Shown piece after piece: positions 62,701 to 64,000 of a stretch of DNA of 64,000 bases. Made by a program: the position numbers and the translations under genes. The DNA lies in IMG/VR virus record IMGVR_UViG_3300020281_000010; one strand, 5' to 3'. Source of the stretch: a virus. Numbering within the stretch: position 1 is the stretch's first letter; each line of letters starts with the position of its first letter. The notes below the pieces were generated by a model that was not told where the DNA came from, searched no databases, and saw only the letters and a list, made by a program, of their open reading frames with translations.

Positions 62701-64000
62701 ATTAACAGAGTTTCTAATGATGGATTGGAGTTTGACTTCCCACTTTTGGTTGAACCAGAGAAATCTAACGCTCCTGTCGGTAATGATGAGTTCGGAAACC
62801 AACGTTCCTTCTATTCTACAACCTCACTCAAGGCGATTGGACCTATTGCAACCATCAAACTGGTAAACCCAGGTGGATTCTACCAAAAACTTCCTATTGT
62901 TACCGATATTTCATCCAATAGAGAGATTGAAAAGGTTCGTATCCTGAATGGTGGTACTGAATATGTTAACGGTGTCTATTATAACGTTCCTATCGGTGGA
63001 GATGGTGAAGGTGCTTCTTGTAATATTACAGTTACCGATGATGGAGACTTCGAAGGTGTCATCACTGATGTTGTTTTGACATCAGCAGGTAAAGGTTATA
63101 CCACAGCATCTATCGACGTTGATGCTATTCCTGGCATTCTTGGACCTCTTCTTGCAGGTTCTGGTGCACAACTTGAGGTTGTGATTCCTTCTGAGGGATC
63201 TGGCGCATCTGTGTTCTTACAAGGTAGGTCAATCGGACGTATCAAGAAACTTAAGAACAATGAATTTGGTTTCGGTTATTCTCACGACTACACTCTGAGA
63301 CCTGAAATCACTTTCCCCGTGAACCTTCAGTTGTTTAATACCGCTATTCTTGCAGAAATCAAGATTACAGACCCTGGTTCTGGATATACCTCAACTCCTG
63401 CTGTTGTAATCGAAGGTGGTGGTGGAACAGGTGCTGAAGCAGAAGCAGTCGTCAAGAACAATAGACTTTCTGAAGTTATCATCAAAGATCCTGGTGCAGG
63501 ATACAGTTCTGAACCTTCAGTCACACTTAAGTCAGAATTTAACTACGTTGTTAACATTGACTTGGGTTACCTACAGTTTAACTTCCCACACGGTATTACA
63601 ACTGGTGCTGAAATTCAGTTGAGAGCAGAAGACCTTGGATCTACAGTTGGTATCCTTCCAAAACCAAGTTCTGCAGGTTTGGTTAGTTTGTCTTCTAGTC
63701 AGACTTATTATGCTATCGCAGGTGAAGCAAACGGTCTTGAATCTGACCAACTTCGTATCTCACTGACTAAACTTGATGCTGAATCTGGTTCTTACATCAC
63801 ATTCTTGACACAGGGTGAAGGTAGACAGATTCTCTTGACTGAAGTGTTTGGTGGTCAAGCAACTGCTATTGTTGAAACTTCAAGATTCCTTGAGGGTGAA
63901 CTTGTTTATCAGGGTTCATCTCTTGAACTTGCATCTGCAACTGGTTACGTTTCTACTAACCAAGGTTGGCAGATTGGACCTAGAATCCTGAAACTTGAGA
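53752..64000 (+). CDS. Giant baseplate wedge initiator-like (gp7-like) multidomain protein, 3'-truncated (>3416 aa)
   Basis: Absent from the ORF track because no stop occurs in the window. Starts MVAHNTAIKVSQRLNSQIPAFIKED..FV.LL.EYYKSQE after gp6; frame +1 was spot-checked open at 58021, 60601, 61681 and 63961; FY.SKGT motif and many GSGY..P / GGG.GA.A repeats. Confidence 0.85.
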   Translation, partial: MVAHNTAIKVSQRLNSQIPAFIKEDNDQFVNLLTEYYKSQEKSGRPYDILNNILAYVDIGSGEFNPNFLSSESAVLEAVDPTQNKIIAENVNYFLEKDGTIKIDNEVLYYESVTHSPDIVFTPGVNKQEFDRKVQEFEPINNQFNSSTTEFNLRLLGRPVSPQSSNHLLVVVNNEFMFPDRDYFVEGDRIRFVNPPEPTTGALTGAINTIRYLIGYTSVPVRSLDTITVPQDATEFSLKLNTQPYSPLSTVSSIVVVNRVEKRPFEDFTVFEDKLIFKQPVSQNATIDVRSVELIAPEFGSGASAVSQIDGGAVNDILVKNGGSGYRVSFAPRITIQSNKGTGAGATAEALVNGIKNTQLLFSGQGYSSNNPPIVVVDAPADEEGTRAQITAIVSDELEGVSELRVTSSGSGYDRIPSIKFVNPGGATISDPTVENGSIVAGSISVTAPGSGYTTAPLVYMDPPTGDNAINATAQAVLDAEGRVERIDIISSGQGYEGNIRARIIDPVGAQILDVSCTGGRVTNIELLTGGKGYTDAPSVYIVDNRKDTNGQPIGGTGATAVATIFNGEITDINITSFGSGYSDTEPPKVFIAAPPVPEASCDVGFGEITGFTIHSAGQNYQPSAFVGVKRGVSAVTSYDQKGHQVYSGESSLVQSSHAVGSVIHNLDNLFAKELYRRFVNQYLPNAEIDYKKVNAPQIIKTISDFYASKGTKISTQYLFKILYSENVDVSYPKDEIIKPSAATWNVDTVLRADLLEGNPENLIDSQLIQYVDDVDINVKGASALIENVIAINTGVGTVYELAISEETLQGAFTIPYKTTLVEELSTTESIITVDSTIGWPERNGTIRIDDNEVVQYKEKTLNQFIECTRSKNGVVEDWDAGTTVFSDIFVYVNRGTENECKLRVLGIADAESTVLSDNGSYYLPGDKLNVASLGSTSNDQRITSWLYNVKKLININEIVPGGLNNQTATVTCSNNHGLLVGDTVTIYGANPTVFNGTFLVTSRINATQFEYNIPAPAPNAPQGNILLSVDLNKGKSSEEGISVAIRDFTTNVQNTFFNDRYAYIASSGIPNYQVGPFVGSALLPGNQRKLIRIPRVINTISRRTDTTFGPIGAWVNGVSTWSYKSETKIKFGGLTGITIDNPGQGYDAANPPIIEINGGGGSGAKASVVVNGALSEIEVSNGGTGYTSSPLVSIVGGGGFGATATAVITNGVVSKILVETPGQGYTSQPDVSVSGGGGTGCTATAQVRGPIQSVNVDTAGSAYTSSPDIKLNSGEGAVAQPIIINGRIVSIAIIAAGRGYTTAPEIVINGDGYGAIARATIGAVGEDRGKVIGVTVVNRGVGYTTGNTTVRLDAVGEMAEFTATVFEWTRNLQDELGQNFDTARGYVFAGYNTQYGGEYAHLSDPKQLRYVLGDNVFKNQSTQQLQELTTGYQHSPILGWAFDGNPIYGPYGYIDATDQSSGIRRIRSSYRIKPALIYDAATNLNPVRADGPLLSDYIAGSFIDDFEYVFQEGDLDQYNGRFCKTPEFPEGVYAYFVSIDASDAGNPVFPYICGPQLYSSPDEWNFSQDAVQTNIPADVVRFRDPYEDVDIDIDRTPNQATDTLVTELGEDLIFEIEDTNRDGLINNDEATTPIQITEEPVLQLFDYYPKVSTRSVVDIDIETTTKFEDAKVDGFVVENPGVSYKVNDKLFFDNEGTDGFGASAKVEAVKGLDIAGYSSYIQNDLPYGRITTATEHELRLDDQIIVTSTPILDDTNKTFKVKVISGVERVTIDQEGLGYSEDIPPSYEVITNSGQDFNININRDEGGAVRTVDIINSGSGYDKDNPPQIRVSHPQRFKKASYFLSLLTEAGSTVTINDIKVADDRTFYVAGQTTVVDGNTAGVLAKFNSDGRLLWKRTLIPTVPANSDKSLSWKAVHIENSNPHNIYVIGETVPNVGNLTHNPDIVVAKYQSGFDNANNPDGIIQWQRDIAGISGSTRRDYASDIRLDQDGRVMIAGYTDSNSTAPDDMWVALLDLDGSMMEKRKIASAAGSEHLHKIQWRTDDTFLFCGISDPAGDANIIIGETYYDTATIEVQWSKQIESGAYQFADPTFTIDEYGSVYVTATAIDTNGKNYGVLYAKFDNQDYTAVSLAKMYVPTGTYTSIKNAGVSFDVFGNIDISAVVERDFNAVQSITAKISWNTGAVLSAAEVTETNGIGYHPTCVANDNSGDTIVAGNKVEADQLAIFNWNTADNLFDETYNDILRTGSNKQWAASGNAVIDNTKFYNGASSLKLDAPNSMLLQYSTTADQSVEWTMEGWFALGNTQYAAQASKPEFFGIVSQLTQEVKVGVDGTSSSANFGKIFLDLNGSTSYSTGTTFWTAFNSEAWVHIAISKERPGVGSYIYRIYVNGVEAHSVNSSTVDVNLMQATLGPISTPSSTNNWIGWIDNFVVTPSAKYTDAFTAGLVTGTNSVSKAFIYKIDKDKTKLGSFSLNNVEAGHTLNVAAGSNYTFNTQSVSVNPWIMGPAGIQILDYSDVVSTHIPGVYTITSTDEAYASRTATIPTQGGKKLLLTTKVIPKFYIRDARYSSIDLVKTITFNQNASFTKGSVLQQYSVIGGNDVVSAYGTVVESGSNSCKIGKIIGNFDTTKLLKSTAGDVNEMDKEFTVQTTTPVWQQNQNYAVGDVVYNDGKIYTSGTAATAGAIAPTHTSGTVSDGNINWAFTSVAGIFSVDLANSVHGSGTLAQFASWKPFDAADYTIKIQQIYPDSSFIKGDTIDADAVNLTFEVDTTGKIATFGGLVGVKQFNLQAKLNKDVVPSQALTNTDLVYCSATSRHNFSANDIIFTERFTTNEYNGSFFVEEVFTSRDFTYKLRSTAVQDPTFSGQGSSVSNINIYAKHPKFLFVRGHQYIFDLDDPSNLGYFLSFSKDNQYKLEYPFINIIREGTPGFTDDDSPTPLVKFIINDDVTNISYYFDPSRTTADDSPVGEGSFIDVIQSPYQGTFTINRVSNDGLEFDFPLLVEPEKSNAPVGNDEFGNQRSFYSTTSLKAIGPIATIKLVNPGGFYQKLPIVTDISSNREIEKVRILNGGTEYVNGVYYNVPIGGDGEGASCNITVTDDGDFEGVITDVVLTSAGKGYTTASIDVDAIPGILGPLLAGSGAQLEVVIPSEGSGASVFLQGRSIGRIKKLKNNEFGFGYSHDYTLRPEITFPVNLQLFNTAILAEIKITDPGSGYTSTPAVVIEGGGGTGAEAEAVVKNNRLSEVIIKDPGAGYSSEPSVTLKSEFNYVVNIDLGYLQFNFPHGITTGAEIQLRAEDLGSTVGILPKPSSAGLVSLSSSQTYYAIAGEANGLESDQLRISLTKLDAESGSYITFLTQGEGRQILLTEVFGGQATAIVETSRFLEGELVYQGSSLELASATGYVSTNQGWQIGPRILKLE

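Noticed and set aside
129-63524. Minus-strand ORFs in the track (e.g. 129-746, 2570-3013, 7538-7873, 49145-49549, 61453-61815)
   Set aside because: All are shadows of long + strand genes with biased codons; they have no recognisable motifs or RBS.
54884-63622. Short frame +2 ORFs between 54.8 and 63.6 kb
   Set aside because: They lie inside the continuous frame +1 gp7-like gene and have Leu-rich off-frame composition.
1-64000. Group I introns, inteins, reverse transcriptase, integrase or rRNA
   Set aside because: No interrupted core genes or diagnostic motifs were seen by eye.

Overview
Window from a T4-like marine cyanomyovirus (Kyanoviridae-type). The evidence is T4-type baseplate genes (gp5, PAAR/gp5.4, gp25, gp6, a giant gp7-like ORF), TAAATA late promoters, and cyanophage auxiliary genes (cp12, psbN-like, two cpeT-like lyases, tRNA-Thr). 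All credible genes are on the + strand. Layout: 1-9.5 kb tail/hub genes and gp5; 9.5-12.8 kb auxiliary and small genes; 12.8-23.4 kb virion and tail-fibre genes; 23.4-32.4 kb a tightly coupled run of two flavin-dependent halogenases, six 2OG-Fe(II) oxygenase-like genes and two dUTPase-fold-like paralogs; 32.4-36.1 kb small ORFs and an SF2 helicase; 36.1-42.9 kb an early-gene cassette array with ten copies of a 24-bp palindrome placed 29-30 nt upstream of a -10 box; 43-46.8 kb HNH, NlpC/P60 and small genes; 46.8-64 kb baseplate module. The strongest leads are the fibre-linked halogenase/oxygenase operon, the palindrome-promoter cassette array, a Tlde1-like (L,D-transpeptidase fold) domain in a tail protein, and two candidate structured RNAs. 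All family calls come from motif recognition by eye; no database searches were run.
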